From: an uncultured Verrucomicrobiae bacterium
GTDB lineage: Bacteria; Verrucomicrobiota; Verrucomicrobiia; Chthoniobacterales; JAFAMB01
Reading direction: 5' to 3'
Length of the DNA: 64,000 nt
NCBI GenBank assembly: GCA_963762565.1
Contig: CAVXLD010000012.1
Span: 256,001-320,000, forward strand
Positions 29,099 through 39,815 of this stretch are shown in pieces. Below the pieces are notes generated by a model, which saw only the letters and a list, made by a program, of their open reading frames with translations, had not been told where the DNA came from and made no database searches. Every line of letters begins with the position of its first letter. Position 1 is the first letter of the stretch. Made by a program: the position numbers and the translations under genes.

Positions 29099-30160
29099 AT
29101 GAACGGCGGACTCACCATCCCTTACGTCAGGAATGAACGCCAGGAAAAATCCGCGTTCCGATTGCCGATCTGGTTTCTTATCACGGCAGGGCTGGTCGTT
29201 GCTTCGGTATTGGTTTGGCAAGGAATCACCGCCCACGGTTCTCCGGATCCGACGGTGGCGAACACCACCCGTATCTCGGGCATCTTTGACATCGGGATCC
29301 TGGTCTTTCGAGAAGGGTTAGAATGTATCCTGGTTCTCTCGGCGATCATGGCGAATATGGTCGGGGATCGAGAGTCGCACCGAAAGCCTGTGGTCACCGG
29401 GGCCGGCGTTGGGTTCATTGTCACAATCGTCACTTGGTTTGTGGCTGTCGGCATTATCAGCGACCTGAACCAAAGCATTTCCGCGCTGGACTTGCAGGCC
29501 GCAACCGGCCTGCTAGCGGTCATTGTGCTCCTGGTGGTGATGAATTGGTTCTTCCACAAGGTCTATTGGGGGGGATGGATCTGTTTCCATAACCGCCGAA
29601 AACGTGACCTGCAGGCGGGAGCTAAGAACGCACAAATCACGAAATGGAGTTTGCTCTGGGGTCTCGGACTTCTCGGGTTTTCTTCGCTGTACCGGGAAGG
29701 GTTCGAGGTCGTTCTGTTCCTGCAAAGCTATTACCTGAAGATGGGATGGAAACCGGTTCTGTTCGGGGCTGTGCTCGGATTGATTTTTTCGGGATTGGTC
29801 GGTGTCCTGACCTTTGTCGCGCATCGCCGGCTTCCGTACCGGAAAATGCTGGTATTGACTGGGATTCTTTTGGGCGCGGTGCTCCTGGTCATGGTGGGAG
29901 AGCAAGCGCAAGAAATGCAGCTCGCGCATTGGATACCGACCACGAAGGTAGACTTGCTCAGCGGTATTCCGGATTGGGCCGGGGTCTGGTTTTCGATTTA
30001 CCCGACGGTCCAGACCCTCGTAGCGCAGTTTCTGGCGGCCCTTGTGGTGGTCGGATCTTACTTCTTCGCACGACGGAGTGGGGGGCGGGGTGGGGGAGCT
30101 AGCGGCGAGTGCGTAGGAAGTAAGGAGGAGCGAGGAACTTTGGTGGGGCGAGGCTCCTGA
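29099..30160 (+). CDS. FTR1/EfeU-family iron permease
   Basis: Two REGxE motifs (REGLE, REGFE) and multiple TM helices. Confidence 0.92.
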   Translation: MNGGLTIPYVRNERQEKSAFRLPIWFLITAGLVVASVLVWQGITAHGSPDPTVANTTRISGIFDIGILVFREGLECILVLSAIMANMVGDRESHRKPVVTGAGVGFIVTIVTWFVAVGIISDLNQSISALDLQAATGLLAVIVLLVVMNWFFHKVYWGGWICFHNRRKRDLQAGAKNAQITKWSLLWGLGLLGFSSLYREGFEVVLFLQSYYLKMGWKPVLFGAVLGLIFSGLVGVLTFVAHRRLPYRKMLVLTGILLGAVLLVMVGEQAQEMQLAHWIPTTKVDLLSGIPDWAGVWFSIYPTVQTLVAQFLAALVVVGSYFFARRSGGRGGGASGECVGSKEERGTLVGRGS

Positions 30161-30355
30161 AGAGCTCGGCGATTGACCACGGGTAGACCGTACGAACGTC
30201 GAGATATGAATGAGCAAGGCCGATAGACGCGCCGAGCCGTGGCCCACGATAGACCACGGCTCGGCGCGATTTTAGGCGTAACAGCACAACGTGGACTGAC
30301 GTTACCGACAGCTTCGCGTGGGCGGCTGGGTTATTCGGGAGCCTCGCCCCACCAA
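30140..30355. repeat. REP/REPIN-like family A element (uninterrupted)
   Basis: Arms at 30140-30157 and 30338-30355. Confidence 0.85.
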
Positions 30356-30370
30356 GGCCGCTCACAGCTC

Positions 30371-31585
30371 CTAGCCTTCCCCTGCCAGCCTAAACTTTCG
30401 GTCGGGTTCGAGACTGCCCTCTAGGCCGGTCTTGATCCATTGTTCCCCGTTCTCGAACTGCGCGAGCCGGGAGACATCGACCTCGCCGCTAAGGTCGAGC
30501 GGTCGGGGCAGAAAATCGCCCGAGACAAGCAACTCACCAGACCGCGTTTTGAGGTCGTTCGCGTTAACCGGTTCACCATGTCCGTTCGATTCGGAGGATC
30601 GAGGTTCAATCCTGATTTTGACGTCAGCGAAGAACTCACCGACCCAGCGAGCGGCGCCCACGCTCTGGTACTCATTCAAGGAACAGGAGGCCAACGGGAC
30701 GTCTTGCCCGAAAACGAGCTCGACATTGGCAAATTGCTGGCAACGGACAAAGAACTCGAGGCTCTCCGGTGGCAATGGAGCATCGATAATGAAGATCTTA
30801 TGCAGGGGCGATGAATTCTTGCGTAAGTAATGCAAAAGAAATGCGGCTGGCGCTGTAACTCGAGCCGGCTGAAACTTCTCAACTTGCTGGCTTCGAGAAC
30901 GCTGGGAGAGCAGGCCAGGTCTAACTGGGACGACGCTCGTCGCTCCAGCGGTTGAATTAGCCAATAGAAGCAACGGCCAATCGCAAAGATCGATCTCGCC
31001 TGCCTTCATTTTCAGATAGCTCACCAAGCGTTGTACCGATCGGGAGAGTTGAGATTGCGTCCATCCTCGAGGCTCGAGCCCGCCGAAACCGGCTCTTCTC
31101 AGTTCAATCAATGCCAAATCTGTTTTAGCCAGCTCAACCGGTGTGCCGAACTTGCCAATCCGCAAGATTCGATTCTCGAAACGAAAGGCGTGCGGGAAAA
31201 GCTTCTTCGGAATCAAACGCAGCTGGCGGTGAAAACGCTGAGCCAACCATTTAGATTGGGGTAAGACGCAGGCTGCTGGCCGGCACTGTTCCACCCACTG
31301 GGCGAAAGGCTTCAAGCTGGTTAATGCGTCGCACAAGGTCGGAACCGCTCCGATTTGCAAAAGCGCTAGCAAAAATAGATAAAGCTCTTGGGAGGGGTCC
31401 AACAGCATGAGAACCTGATCTCCTTTTTTTATCCCTTCTTCATCGAGGCGCAGGGCGAGAAAATCGACGGACCGGTTGAGAGCAGCGTACGTCAGGACTC
31501 GGTCCCCGAAGAAGGTCCGGTCCACAATAGCTGGCACTCCAGGTTGAAGTTCAGCACGATGCCGGAGGGTTTGAATGATGTTCAT
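30371..31585 (-). CDS. AMP-binding (adenylate-forming, OleC-like) protein, degenerate
   Basis: LTYAAL...GIKKGDQV...LALLQIGAVP N-terminus. It lacks the TSGSTG loop and the C-terminal subdomain. Confidence 0.7.
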   Translation of the reverse strand: MNIIQTLRHRAELQPGVPAIVDRTFFGDRVLTYAALNRSVDFLALRLDEEGIKKGDQVLMLLDPSQELYLFLLALLQIGAVPTLCDALTSLKPFAQWVEQCRPAACVLPQSKWLAQRFHRQLRLIPKKLFPHAFRFENRILRIGKFGTPVELAKTDLALIELRRAGFGGLEPRGWTQSQLSRSVQRLVSYLKMKAGEIDLCDWPLLLLANSTAGATSVVPVRPGLLSQRSRSQQVEKFQPARVTAPAAFLLHYLRKNSSPLHKIFIIDAPLPPESLEFFVRCQQFANVELVFGQDVPLASCSLNEYQSVGAARWVGEFFADVKIRIEPRSSESNGHGEPVNANDLKTRSGELLVSGDFLPRPLDLSGEVDVSRLAQFENGEQWIKTGLEGSLEPDRKFRLAGEG

Positions 31586-31637
31586 GGTTGATCCGGGAGA
31601 CCAGCTACCTAAACCGGGTGAAGCCCCAAAGGGCATT

Positions 31638-32570
31638 TCACAGAAATCGAAAACTAAACTGACGACTCAGAATGCCTTGAGGTTGAATCACCTGGATTCC
31701 GATTTTCTTCTCGAAAGGTTCTTGCTGTTTGTGGTCCGGCAGACCCCAGCATGGCTCAATACATATGAAAGGGTTAAGATCGCTCCAGATCGTAAAGAAC
31801 GGCGCTTCGGAAAGGTCTATTTGGACTTCCCTCTTTTCTTTCAGGTCCTGAAGTTTGACGACGTATTCGTCGACTTCAATCGCTTGTATCAGGAATGAGT
31901 CAGGGAGCTCAAAAGGCTTGCAGGGAAACGAGTCGCCTGCAGAACTGAAATCAACGGTCTCGCCGCTCAAAAAGTTCCCGGGAGCGAGATAACGCCGGTA
32001 CTGCCCTCGCGGGAGGATAATGCGAGCTTCGTCAATTGAACTGACCCTAAGCCCCGGATGAAGGCCGAAGCTGACATGGGCTGGCCGATTCGGCTCCTGA
32101 TTGGCGAAGGTAAAAACGACCGTCAAATCTCGGCCGGATAAGACATAATCGATCTGAAATGCGACCCGGCGTGGGTACTCTGTCTTAGCAATGGCTTCCG
32201 CTGGCAGCTGATAACGCAGGGTCGCGTTCTCCTCTGAAATCAAGACGTTGGGAGCAGCGAAGACTTTAGTGCGGATGAAACTATGGTTGCCTCCCCGGAT
32301 TTCCTCTCCTTCATACAACGTGTGTTCTCCCAGTAGACGATGGATGTAATAGCCCATAACGGTGGCGTGGCTTTTCCATCCGCTCGCCGGCGCACTTGTG
32401 TCTCCGTCCCGATACAAATAGCCTACCCAATCACCTCCCGGGGCGCGTTTGGCCAAGCTGACCAATTCGGCGCCGTGATCACTCACGATGATTCGCGTCT
32501 CGTTCTTGAGATCGACTATTTCGTCGAGGTGCTGTCCATTCTGTTCAAAGCTTCGATGCCCAAATCGCAT
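31638..32570 (-). CDS. Aldose 1-epimerase (galactose mutarotase-like) family protein
   Basis: GAELVSL, SFGLHPG and PFICIEPCWG motifs. Confidence 0.85.
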   Translation of the reverse strand: MRFGHRSFEQNGQHLDEIVDLKNETRIIVSDHGAELVSLAKRAPGGDWVGYLYRDGDTSAPASGWKSHATVMGYYIHRLLGEHTLYEGEEIRGGNHSFIRTKVFAAPNVLISEENATLRYQLPAEAIAKTEYPRRVAFQIDYVLSGRDLTVVFTFANQEPNRPAHVSFGLHPGLRVSSIDEARIILPRGQYRRYLAPGNFLSGETVDFSSAGDSFPCKPFELPDSFLIQAIEVDEYVVKLQDLKEKREVQIDLSEAPFFTIWSDLNPFICIEPCWGLPDHKQQEPFEKKIGIQVIQPQGILSRQFSFRFL

Positions 32571-32745
32571 ATCCTTAAAAAAACGCGTTAACGCCGGTAA
32601 TGCAGTGAGCGCCGTGAACGGGCCCGCGAATACCTAGCGCAAAAACTTGGAGCAGGTTCTCAGCAGCTACAAGTAGGTCTTAAAGGAAAAAGCGAACCGG
32701 GCCTTCGCAGGAGGGCGAGACGATACCGCGGAAGCCAGTCTTAGA

Positions 32746-32777
32746 CAAAAGGGGCGAACCCTTGGTTGTTCGCCCCT
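32746..32777 (-). terminator. Intrinsic terminator after the lipoprotein gene
   Basis: GGGGCGAAC-8 nt-GTTCGCCCC followed by TTTT on the minus strand. Confidence 0.7.
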
Positions 32778-32833
32778 CGTTCACGGTCCGGCAGTGGCCG
32801 GAGCGCTGTCCGCGGTCTCGCTCGTTCCGGGGG

Positions 32834-33340
32834 TTAACTACCCACGTATTCGGCAGAGTAACTGTCGTATTTCTGGACCTGTCCGTCCTTCGGCGCGCTC
32901 TTAACATCATAAACGCTGTTCCCGATCACCTGTTTCGACTCGGTATCGTAGATCATCACGCTCTTGGCGCCTTTATCATCTTTTTCTTGAACAGTCGAAA
33001 CGGCGATATAGCGCTGCTTGTGTACCCTTGCTTTACGTTCCGCCGACATTTTTTCGTAAGCTAATCTGGCTCGCTCTTCCGCAATGCGACGTTGTCTCTC
33101 CGTAGCTTCATGTTTCGCAATGACATAAGCGATTGCGCCAACAGCAGCGCCGGTTCCCATGCCGATGGCAACGGCCTGGGCATTGCTTGCTCCTGAGGCC
33201 TTGGCAATTCCTCCCGCTAAAGCGCCGGAAGTTACCCCGGCAATCACCCCGGTCGTTTCCGGCGACATATTTTCACAGCTGGTGAAACCGATGGTAGCGA
33301 ACAGAGTAACGCAGGCAGATGTAGTTAAACTTAGTTTCAT
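32834..33340 (-). CDS. Glycine-zipper lipoprotein
   Basis: Lipobox FTSC and GxxxG zipper helices. Confidence 0.82.
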   Translation of the reverse strand: MKLSLTTSACVTLFATIGFTSCENMSPETTGVIAGVTSGALAGGIAKASGASNAQAVAIGMGTGAAVGAIAYVIAKHEATERQRRIAEERARLAYEKMSAERKARVHKQRYIAVSTVQEKDDKGAKSVMIYDTESKQVIGNSVYDVKSAPKDGQVQKYDSYSAEYVGS

Positions 33341-33625
33341 ATAAGGGTCGAGCCGGCTAGCTTACCCGGGGGCGGCCTTGCGGCTCAAGCTCGTTTTGTG
33401 TCAGGAGCCAGGAGCTAGAATCTAGGAGCTAGGAGGGCACCGTGGTTCGTGGAGAACACACTGGTAGATAGAACACGCTGGGCTCCGCGAACGGATGGGA
33501 CATATAGGACCTATGGGACCTATATGTCTATTTCCTATAAGTCACATAGGTCCTATCGGTCCTATTCATGTTGGTGCGCTGGAACTCCCACGCGTCGACC
33601 CGCCGACACGCCCATACGCCGATGG

Positions 33626-36600
33626 CTACCTTTCCTTCGGCTGCTGAGGACTATTGCTGTCGTTTTGAGGAGACGGTTGTTCCTGATTGGAACCAAAGGG
33701 TATTTTATTCTTGCGGCACCATTCTATGGCCAATGGATGGCCCATCTCTGCTGCCTTTTTTATGTACGCCGTGCCAGCATTGCGGTTCTTGGCACCATTG
33801 ATCCCTTCGGTCAGTGCGGTTCCGTAGAGATAAAGTCCAACCTCATCGTTTCGATCCGCAGCCAGCTTAAAAAGGTTGACCGCGCGCGGCACATCTTTGG
33901 TAACTCCTTCGCCTAGGAGATACATGACTCCAAGATTTGCCATCGATCGCGAGTACTGCATGGCGATCGCTTGCTGGTAGTAAGCGACAGCCGATTCGTA
34001 GTTGTGGATCTTGCGATAGTAAGATCCTAAGAGATCGATTGCATTCGGGTTCCGCAATGCCGCCGCCTCTTGTAAATAAGTTAATGCCTTATTCTCATCG
34101 GTGGGCACCAGCTTGCCGTAGTAATAACATTCGGCGACACAGTACTTCGCAAAGGCGTCGCCCGAGTCGGCTGCTTCTTTCAAATACTGGAACGCTTTAG
34201 CATCGTCTGCCGCATTGTGGTGCCGGGCCAGCAGCAGACCTGCTTCGCGCTTGGCGGTCACATTACCTTTAGCCGCTGCCTGTTCGAACCAATCGAGTGA
34301 ATAGGCCGTTTGAGTGGCAAGGGTGTTCTCGGCCAGCAGCAGCATGGCCTGAACGACGCCGCTCTTAGCCGCCGTCTCAATGTCAGGTTGAACAATCGAG
34401 AAGTTGTCGTGGGTGACCTTCGTTTTGCTGGAACGAACCTCTGATAACAGGTTCTCCAGACGTTTACGCGTCTCGGCCGCGCCCGAGGGATATTGAGCGA
34501 GAATATTGTTGAACTGCTTCAGCGCTCCGGCCCAGTCACCTGCGCGTTCCAAATCATCGGCCGCTTTCAGTGCGATAGCCAAGGCGTCTGTCGGAGGTGA
34601 CACTGAGGGAGTTACGACCGGAGTAGGAATAGGGGTTGCCGTCGGTGTCGGAATGGGCGTGGGCGTAGCCGTTGGATTTGGCGTTGGTTGCCTTGGCGTT
34701 GTCGGGGTCGCTGTGGGGGTTGGGGTACTTCGCCGTGGCGTTACCACCGGAGTCGGCGCTGGTGTCGACGTTGGAGTCGGCGTCACCTGAGCGACGTTCG
34801 GCCCTTGAAAGCTGTTTATCGTTTGCCACACGAAAAATCCGCCAACACCGAGCAATAGGAGGATGAAAACGACCAGAGCTAGGATGAGCAACAGCCCGAT
34901 CACAGAGAACTTCGATCGTTTCGGCGGCGGTGCTGCTGTCGGCGGCGCTTCCGTTGGAGGTCGGAACGGTAACGGCGGTGGAGCTGAAGTTGCTACACCG
35001 GACGAGATTGGGTCGACGTTAGAAACGGGGGTTGAGATTGGAGGGCCTTGTGCGCTCGGCAATTTCGTCGAATAGCCTGACGGTGCCTGCGCCGGGGCCG
35101 GCGGGACCACCTCCGGTGCCGGGGGGTTCGTCATCGGCGGCGATTGACTCTGCTGCGTTGGCGCTGATCCAACGCGTGACGGCATGCCAGTGGCCAGCGA
35201 TTCCTCGCCGCGTACGACCCGGGCGAGTGCGTCTGCAAATTCGACCGATGACGCGAAATCGTCAGCGATGCCTCTTCTCAGTATTGCGTTCCCCGCTTCG
35301 GAAAGACTGGGTACTGGGCTCACACGGCCGGAAGAGTCGACGGTGGCTCGAGGTCCACCCAGCAGTTCATAAGCCAGCAAGCTCAACATGCGAGTGTAGG
35401 AGCTTCTCGCCCCTCCGGCTGCAACGGTGTGTTGCACCACGGTGGCTGCGCCCCCCCAAGTCGCTGCCGAGTCTGCGGCCGAAACCGAAAAGTCCAGGGG
35501 AGTAACTTTGGCGTTAAAAGGAGGCCACGTTGACAGCGGTTGTTGCAAGAGACCCGGTGTAATCGCCGCCTGAATTAGACCAGGGTACGTCAATTGAACT
35601 CCGTTCAGGGTTAGATCCACCGAACTGAGATGGTGCGCAGTCGCGTGGTCGGCTAACGCCGCCAGTTGATTGAGTAGCGGGGGCAGTTCTTGGGCAGTTA
35701 CTTCGCCCCGGCCTCTGAGGATGGCTAGCAACGTCGGCCCAACCACGAACTCCTCAACCAGGTAAGATTGCTGATCCGTGCTCTCTAACGAAAATACTTG
35801 TCTGAGCGATTCGTGGGGAGCTTGCTGGAGTTTTTCGACCTCTTGCTCGACCCAAGTGAACTTTGGTTTGTCCGCCAGGAATTGTTCACTGAAAATCAAA
35901 AGCGAAACACCTCGAGCTTGTCGAAGATCGTGAGCATAAAATTTTCGACCTTGAGGAACTTCCTGAATCTCTCGTACCAGTTGATACCGTTCCCCAACGA
36001 TGGTTTGAGCCGCCAGCGGCTGGGCCGCCTCTAACATAGTCACTTCCCCGGTGGCTACCGTGTCGCTTGGCTCTGTTACTACCGGTGGTCCACTTTTTAC
36101 GGGCGCCGGCGCCGGACCAACCTGCAATTGTTCCAGACAAGAAACGATCTCCTGTCGCAGGTCGCCGGGTGTTTGCGGACGTTTGTCCCGGTCTTTGTCC
36201 ATCATCTTCAGCACCAGGTCGACGACGCATTGAGGCTGGTTTTGTAGGGGCTCCAATGGCACCGGCTTGTACAGGTGCTGACTCATGATCTGCGGGACTG
36301 AGCCGGAGAACGGCGGCCGTCCCGTCAACATATAATAAAGCGTTACCCCCAGGGAATAGATGTCAGACCGAATATCGATATCCCGTTCTTCCAATTGTTC
36401 GGGGCTGGCGAAGTGAGGTGTTCCAACGAACCCGCCGGCTTGAGTGAGCGTGCCGGAATCGTCACCTTCTGTTTTAGCGCTCTTGGCCAACCCAAAATCG
36501 ATGACCTTAACAATGCGTTCGCCATCTTGGTCGACCAACATCAGGTTGGCCGGCTTCAGGTCTCGATGAACCAAGTGTTGCCGGGCTGCTGCCGCCAGAG

Positions 36601-36985
36601 CGCGAGTGACTTGCAGACAAATATTGAGCGCCTCAACTGGCTCGAGTGCACCCTTTTTCTCCTTCTCGATATAGGAAGCGACGGTCTGACCGTCGATAAA
36701 CTCCATCGCATAGAAGTAGCAATCGTTATCCGAGCCGAGATGAAAAACCGAAGCGACGTTCTGGTGGCGCAGAGCAGCGGCGGCGCGTGCTTCCCTAAGA
36801 AATCTTTGCCGGGCGACCTCGCTGTTAAGATACGTATTGTTGATCACCTTTAGCGCGACCGTGCACCGTAGATTGGTGTCGAACGCTTTATAGGTGATGC
36901 CCATCGCGCCCTTGCCTAATTCCCAGAGGCTCCCGTCTTCGCGCCGGAGTACTTGATAGTGCTGATAATTCTCGGCTTCGGCCAT
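33626..36985 (-). CDS. Membrane Ser/Thr protein kinase with second kinase-like domain, Pro/Thr linker and Sel1 repeats
   Basis: LGKGAMG, VALK, HRDLKPAN, DFG and SPE motifs. TM helix after residue ~695. Sel1-type repeats in the C-terminus. Confidence 0.93.
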   Translation of the reverse strand: MAEAENYQHYQVLRREDGSLWELGKGAMGITYKAFDTNLRCTVALKVINNTYLNSEVARQRFLREARAAAALRHQNVASVFHLGSDNDCYFYAMEFIDGQTVASYIEKEKKGALEPVEALNICLQVTRALAAAARQHLVHRDLKPANLMLVDQDGERIVKVIDFGLAKSAKTEGDDSGTLTQAGGFVGTPHFASPEQLEERDIDIRSDIYSLGVTLYYMLTGRPPFSGSVPQIMSQHLYKPVPLEPLQNQPQCVVDLVLKMMDKDRDKRPQTPGDLRQEIVSCLEQLQVGPAPAPVKSGPPVVTEPSDTVATGEVTMLEAAQPLAAQTIVGERYQLVREIQEVPQGRKFYAHDLRQARGVSLLIFSEQFLADKPKFTWVEQEVEKLQQAPHESLRQVFSLESTDQQSYLVEEFVVGPTLLAILRGRGEVTAQELPPLLNQLAALADHATAHHLSSVDLTLNGVQLTYPGLIQAAITPGLLQQPLSTWPPFNAKVTPLDFSVSAADSAATWGGAATVVQHTVAAGGARSSYTRMLSLLAYELLGGPRATVDSSGRVSPVPSLSEAGNAILRRGIADDFASSVEFADALARVVRGEESLATGMPSRVGSAPTQQSQSPPMTNPPAPEVVPPAPAQAPSGYSTKLPSAQGPPISTPVSNVDPISSGVATSAPPPLPFRPPTEAPPTAAPPPKRSKFSVIGLLLILALVVFILLLLGVGGFFVWQTINSFQGPNVAQVTPTPTSTPAPTPVVTPRRSTPTPTATPTTPRQPTPNPTATPTPIPTPTATPIPTPVVTPSVSPPTDALAIALKAADDLERAGDWAGALKQFNNILAQYPSGAAETRKRLENLLSEVRSSKTKVTHDNFSIVQPDIETAAKSGVVQAMLLLAENTLATQTAYSLDWFEQAAAKGNVTAKREAGLLLARHHNAADDAKAFQYLKEAADSGDAFAKYCVAECYYYGKLVPTDENKALTYLQEAAALRNPNAIDLLGSYYRKIHNYESAVAYYQQAIAMQYSRSMANLGVMYLLGEGVTKDVPRAVNLFKLAADRNDEVGLYLYGTALTEGINGAKNRNAGTAYIKKAAEMGHPLAIEWCRKNKIPFGSNQEQPSPQNDSNSPQQPKER

Positions 36986-37469
36986 GGTGGTCGTCGCGGT
37001 AACTAATATAAGGCTGCCATAGAAGCAACCGTAATGGAAGACGCTAGATGGCCCTTGGTGATTGCGTAATTTTTTCGACGGCCGCCGGTTGTTTGCACGA
37101 TCTCACTAGTAATCAGTAATCAGTAGAACAGTAATCAGTTTCAGATTTTCCGTATTTGAGAACACCCCGACCACCGGCCACGCGTGACTTATAAGTCCCA
37201 TCAGTCCCATAGAGCTCGTCGCGCAGTAGGCCCTGCGAAGGCGGACCCCATCCGTGCCACTCCAGAACGTTTGTGCGCACTGAGGCGGTTACCGCACGCT
37301 GAGCCGCGACCCGATCGAGGACAGCTTGTCCGCCGTAGCCCAATCTCTATGTCGCCACCCGCTCAATGTCGGCCTCGCAAGCGAGGCGCGCTCCACGACA
37401 ACGAGTCAGCGAAGGCGGAAGGACGAGTACGAACCGGCCAACCAATCACCTCTCACCTCTCACGCGCAG

Positions 37470-38528
37470 CTAGTCGCCCAGCTCGAACCGTATTATCGGC
37501 GTAAAGGTGCCTCCGCCCGGAGGAGGCGGAAGCTTAGTGATTTTCTGACCGGCTTCCCTGACCGAGTCATCGACGACAGCGTTACCTGAACCGTCTACGA
37601 TCGTGAATTCGGTTACGGTCCCGTCTGGTTCAATCTTCAGGCGCACGTTGACCACGAGAGTAGTGCCGGCTGGGATTTCGCCGTGAGGCTGGTTCCAGGC
37701 GGTCTGGAACCGGTTCTTGATGATCTCCGCGTACATGCCGATGTCCGCTTCACCGTTGCCCGTTCCTTTGCCATGTTCGTCGCCCTCGCCATTTCCTTCT
37801 CCGTTCTGCTTCTCAGATTTGTTGCCGTTTCCTTCGGAGTGATTTTTCTCTTCCTTCGAACCATTCTTGGCTTCTCCGGCTCCTTCAGCGGAAGCTTTTG
37901 GTTTAGGAGTGCCGCTTGGCTTTGGTTTAGTGGACTCTGATGCCTTCGCTTTTGCTGAAGCTGTGGGTTTCGCGGAAGGCTTAGCGCTTGGCTTGGGTTT
38001 AGGGGTCGGTTTTGCCGTGGGTTTGGGAGTCGGAGTCGGTTTTGGCGTCGGCTTCGGGGTTGGTTTAGGTGTGGGAGTCGGTTTTGGCTTCGGTTTTGGC
38101 GTCGGCGTTACCCTTGGGGTCGGTGTCGAGGTTGGCTTTGGCGTTGGGGTTGCGCTCGGGGTTGCCACCGGTAGTTCGCTCGGTTGTTCTGAGGGCGGTG
38201 GCGTTGCCGGCGGGGGAGTCTCGACGGGTGTCGGCGGCGGGGTTGACGGCTCTGGGGTTGGCGGTGGCGGTGTGGGTGTCGTTTCTGGAGTGGCTTCCGG
38301 TGTTTCTTCGGTTTCCGGTGTGTTATTGCCAGCTGCCGGGCTGCCCGCGTCGGTACTCCCGAATGAACCGGGATTCATCCAGACTAATTGTTCTTCCTTC
38401 TTCTTTGCCGGGTGCAGCGTCAGCACAAGAATCACTGTCAGCCCGATCAGGTGCAGGACAGCGATAATGATGACGTTTCGAGTGAACCCACCGGATCCGC
38501 GAAACTCGCCCTCCTCTTCCGGCATCAT
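37470..38528 (-). CDS. TonB/TolA-like energy transducer
   Basis: N-terminal TM with HxxxL, long Pro/Thr/Lys linker, and C-terminal SGNAVVDDS domain. Confidence 0.88.
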   Translation of the reverse strand: MMPEEEGEFRGSGGFTRNVIIIAVLHLIGLTVILVLTLHPAKKKEEQLVWMNPGSFGSTDAGSPAAGNNTPETEETPEATPETTPTPPPPTPEPSTPPPTPVETPPPATPPPSEQPSELPVATPSATPTPKPTSTPTPRVTPTPKPKPKPTPTPKPTPKPTPKPTPTPKPTAKPTPKPKPSAKPSAKPTASAKAKASESTKPKPSGTPKPKASAEGAGEAKNGSKEEKNHSEGNGNKSEKQNGEGNGEGDEHGKGTGNGEADIGMYAEIIKNRFQTAWNQPHGEIPAGTTLVVNVRLKIEPDGTVTEFTIVDGSGNAVVDDSVREAGQKITKLPPPPGGGTFTPIIRFELGD

Positions 38529-38618
38529 TGAGGTCCCGCCTCCGCTTCGCTTCCTCGGTCGGCTAGCGGGACCGGGCTATGAATGGCAAGACAGCGCGAC
38601 AAGTTCCGCCTCCGCGAG

Positions 38619-39044
38619 CTATGGCGCGACAGGTTCATCCGGACGAGTCGCCACGCCGACCTTCGAGATCTGCGCTCTCTGTAGGATGTCCATCACCGCA
38701 ACAAATTGTTGGACGCTCAGCGACTTGTCCGGGCGAACGATGACAGGCGCTTCTGGCTTCTCGGTATGTAAGGTGATCAACCTCTCTTCCAACGTCGCCG
38801 GGTCCACCGGTTCATTGTTGAACGTGAGGTTATCCTCCTTATCGATAGAAATGGTCTGCGTCTCCGCCAGATTCACTGACTGATTGGCCTGAGCACTGGT
38901 CGGCACCACCAAATTAACGCTGTTCTCCATCAAGGGAGTGGTGATGATGAAAATGATTAACAGAACAAAGGCCAAGTCCAATAGCGGAGTCACGTTGATC
39001 TCGGTCAACGTATGCATGGTCGGACGATCAGAAAAACGGCGCAT
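38619..39044 (-). CDS. ExbD/TolR protein
   Basis: INVTPLLDLAFVLLIIFIITTP motif. Confidence 0.93.
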   Translation of the reverse strand: MRRFSDRPTMHTLTEINVTPLLDLAFVLLIIFIITTPLMENSVNLVVPTSAQANQSVNLAETQTISIDKEDNLTFNNEPVDPATLEERLITLHTEKPEAPVIVRPDKSLSVQQFVAVMDILQRAQISKVGVATRPDEPVAP

Positions 39045-39053
39045 AGCATTTAC

Positions 39054-39815
39054 CTACCTGGCAACGAAGGATCGGCTCCCGTGATTCACATACTTGTGCT
39101 CGAATTCTGAGGCGAGTTCGGCGGCGAAGTTGTCGTTTTGTACGATGAGAGAACGGATGCTGGTGACGAGAAAATTGTAGCCGAACATGGCCGGGATCGC
39201 CACTAGCAAGCCGGTCACGGTACAAATGAGAGCGCCGGAAACACCGGGAGCCATCGCTGACAGACTGGCTGAACCCGCCAGGGCAACGCCGGAGAATGTC
39301 TCCATGACGCCCCAGACGGTGCCAAGCAGGCCGAGAAATGGAGCTCCACTGACTGCGGTCGCTAACAGAATCATTTGCGATTCCAAACGGAGTGCGGACT
39401 CACCGACCGCGCGTTCCATGGCGCTGGTAACGACATTCATCTGGGACGGCGTGATCCGCTCCGCCACCTCAAGGCGGGCTCGAAAGGTTTCATCAACTTC
39501 CGTGGCTCCAAGCAGGTGCAGAGTTAGTTCTCGGCAACCAGCCCGATAAATCGAGAACATGGGAGAACCATCGAATCGGCCCTGCGCCTCGTAGAGATGC
39601 AAAGGCTGACGCTCGGACCGGAACCTTTGCAGAAACCGGTCGTTCTGCTTCCTAGCGAGCCGGACCATCCTCATCTTCGTTACCATCACGGACCAGCTGA
39701 AAATCGAGGCGATAAAGAGCACCGCGAGAACTAATTTCCCTTCAAGGGTTGCCTCGGTAAACGCGTAAAGGATCCCGCCGGATTGGGCAGCTAGCAGCAA
39801 GTTCGGTGCTAACAC
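39054..39815 (-). CDS. MotA/TolQ/ExbB proton channel
   Basis: APFLGLLGTVWG and GLLVAIPA motifs. GTG start chosen by eye. Confidence 0.93.
   Translation of the reverse strand: MLAPNLLLAAQSGGILYAFTEATLEGKLVLAVLFIASIFSWSVMVTKMRMVRLARKQNDRFLQRFRSERQPLHLYEAQGRFDGSPMFSIYRAGCRELTLHLLGATEVDETFRARLEVAERITPSQMNVVTSAMERAVGESALRLESQMILLATAVSGAPFLGLLGTVWGVMETFSGVALAGSASLSAMAPGVSGALICTVTGLLVAIPAMFGYNFLVTSIRSLIVQNDNFAAELASEFEHKYVNHGSRSFVAR

Noticed and set aside
29513..30247. 244-aa minus-strand ORF
   Set aside because: Antisense to the well-supported FTR1 gene with no recognisable motifs.
37867..38883. 338-aa Gly/Val-rich plus-strand ORF
   Set aside because: Antisense shadow of the Pro/Thr/Lys-rich TonB-like linker.
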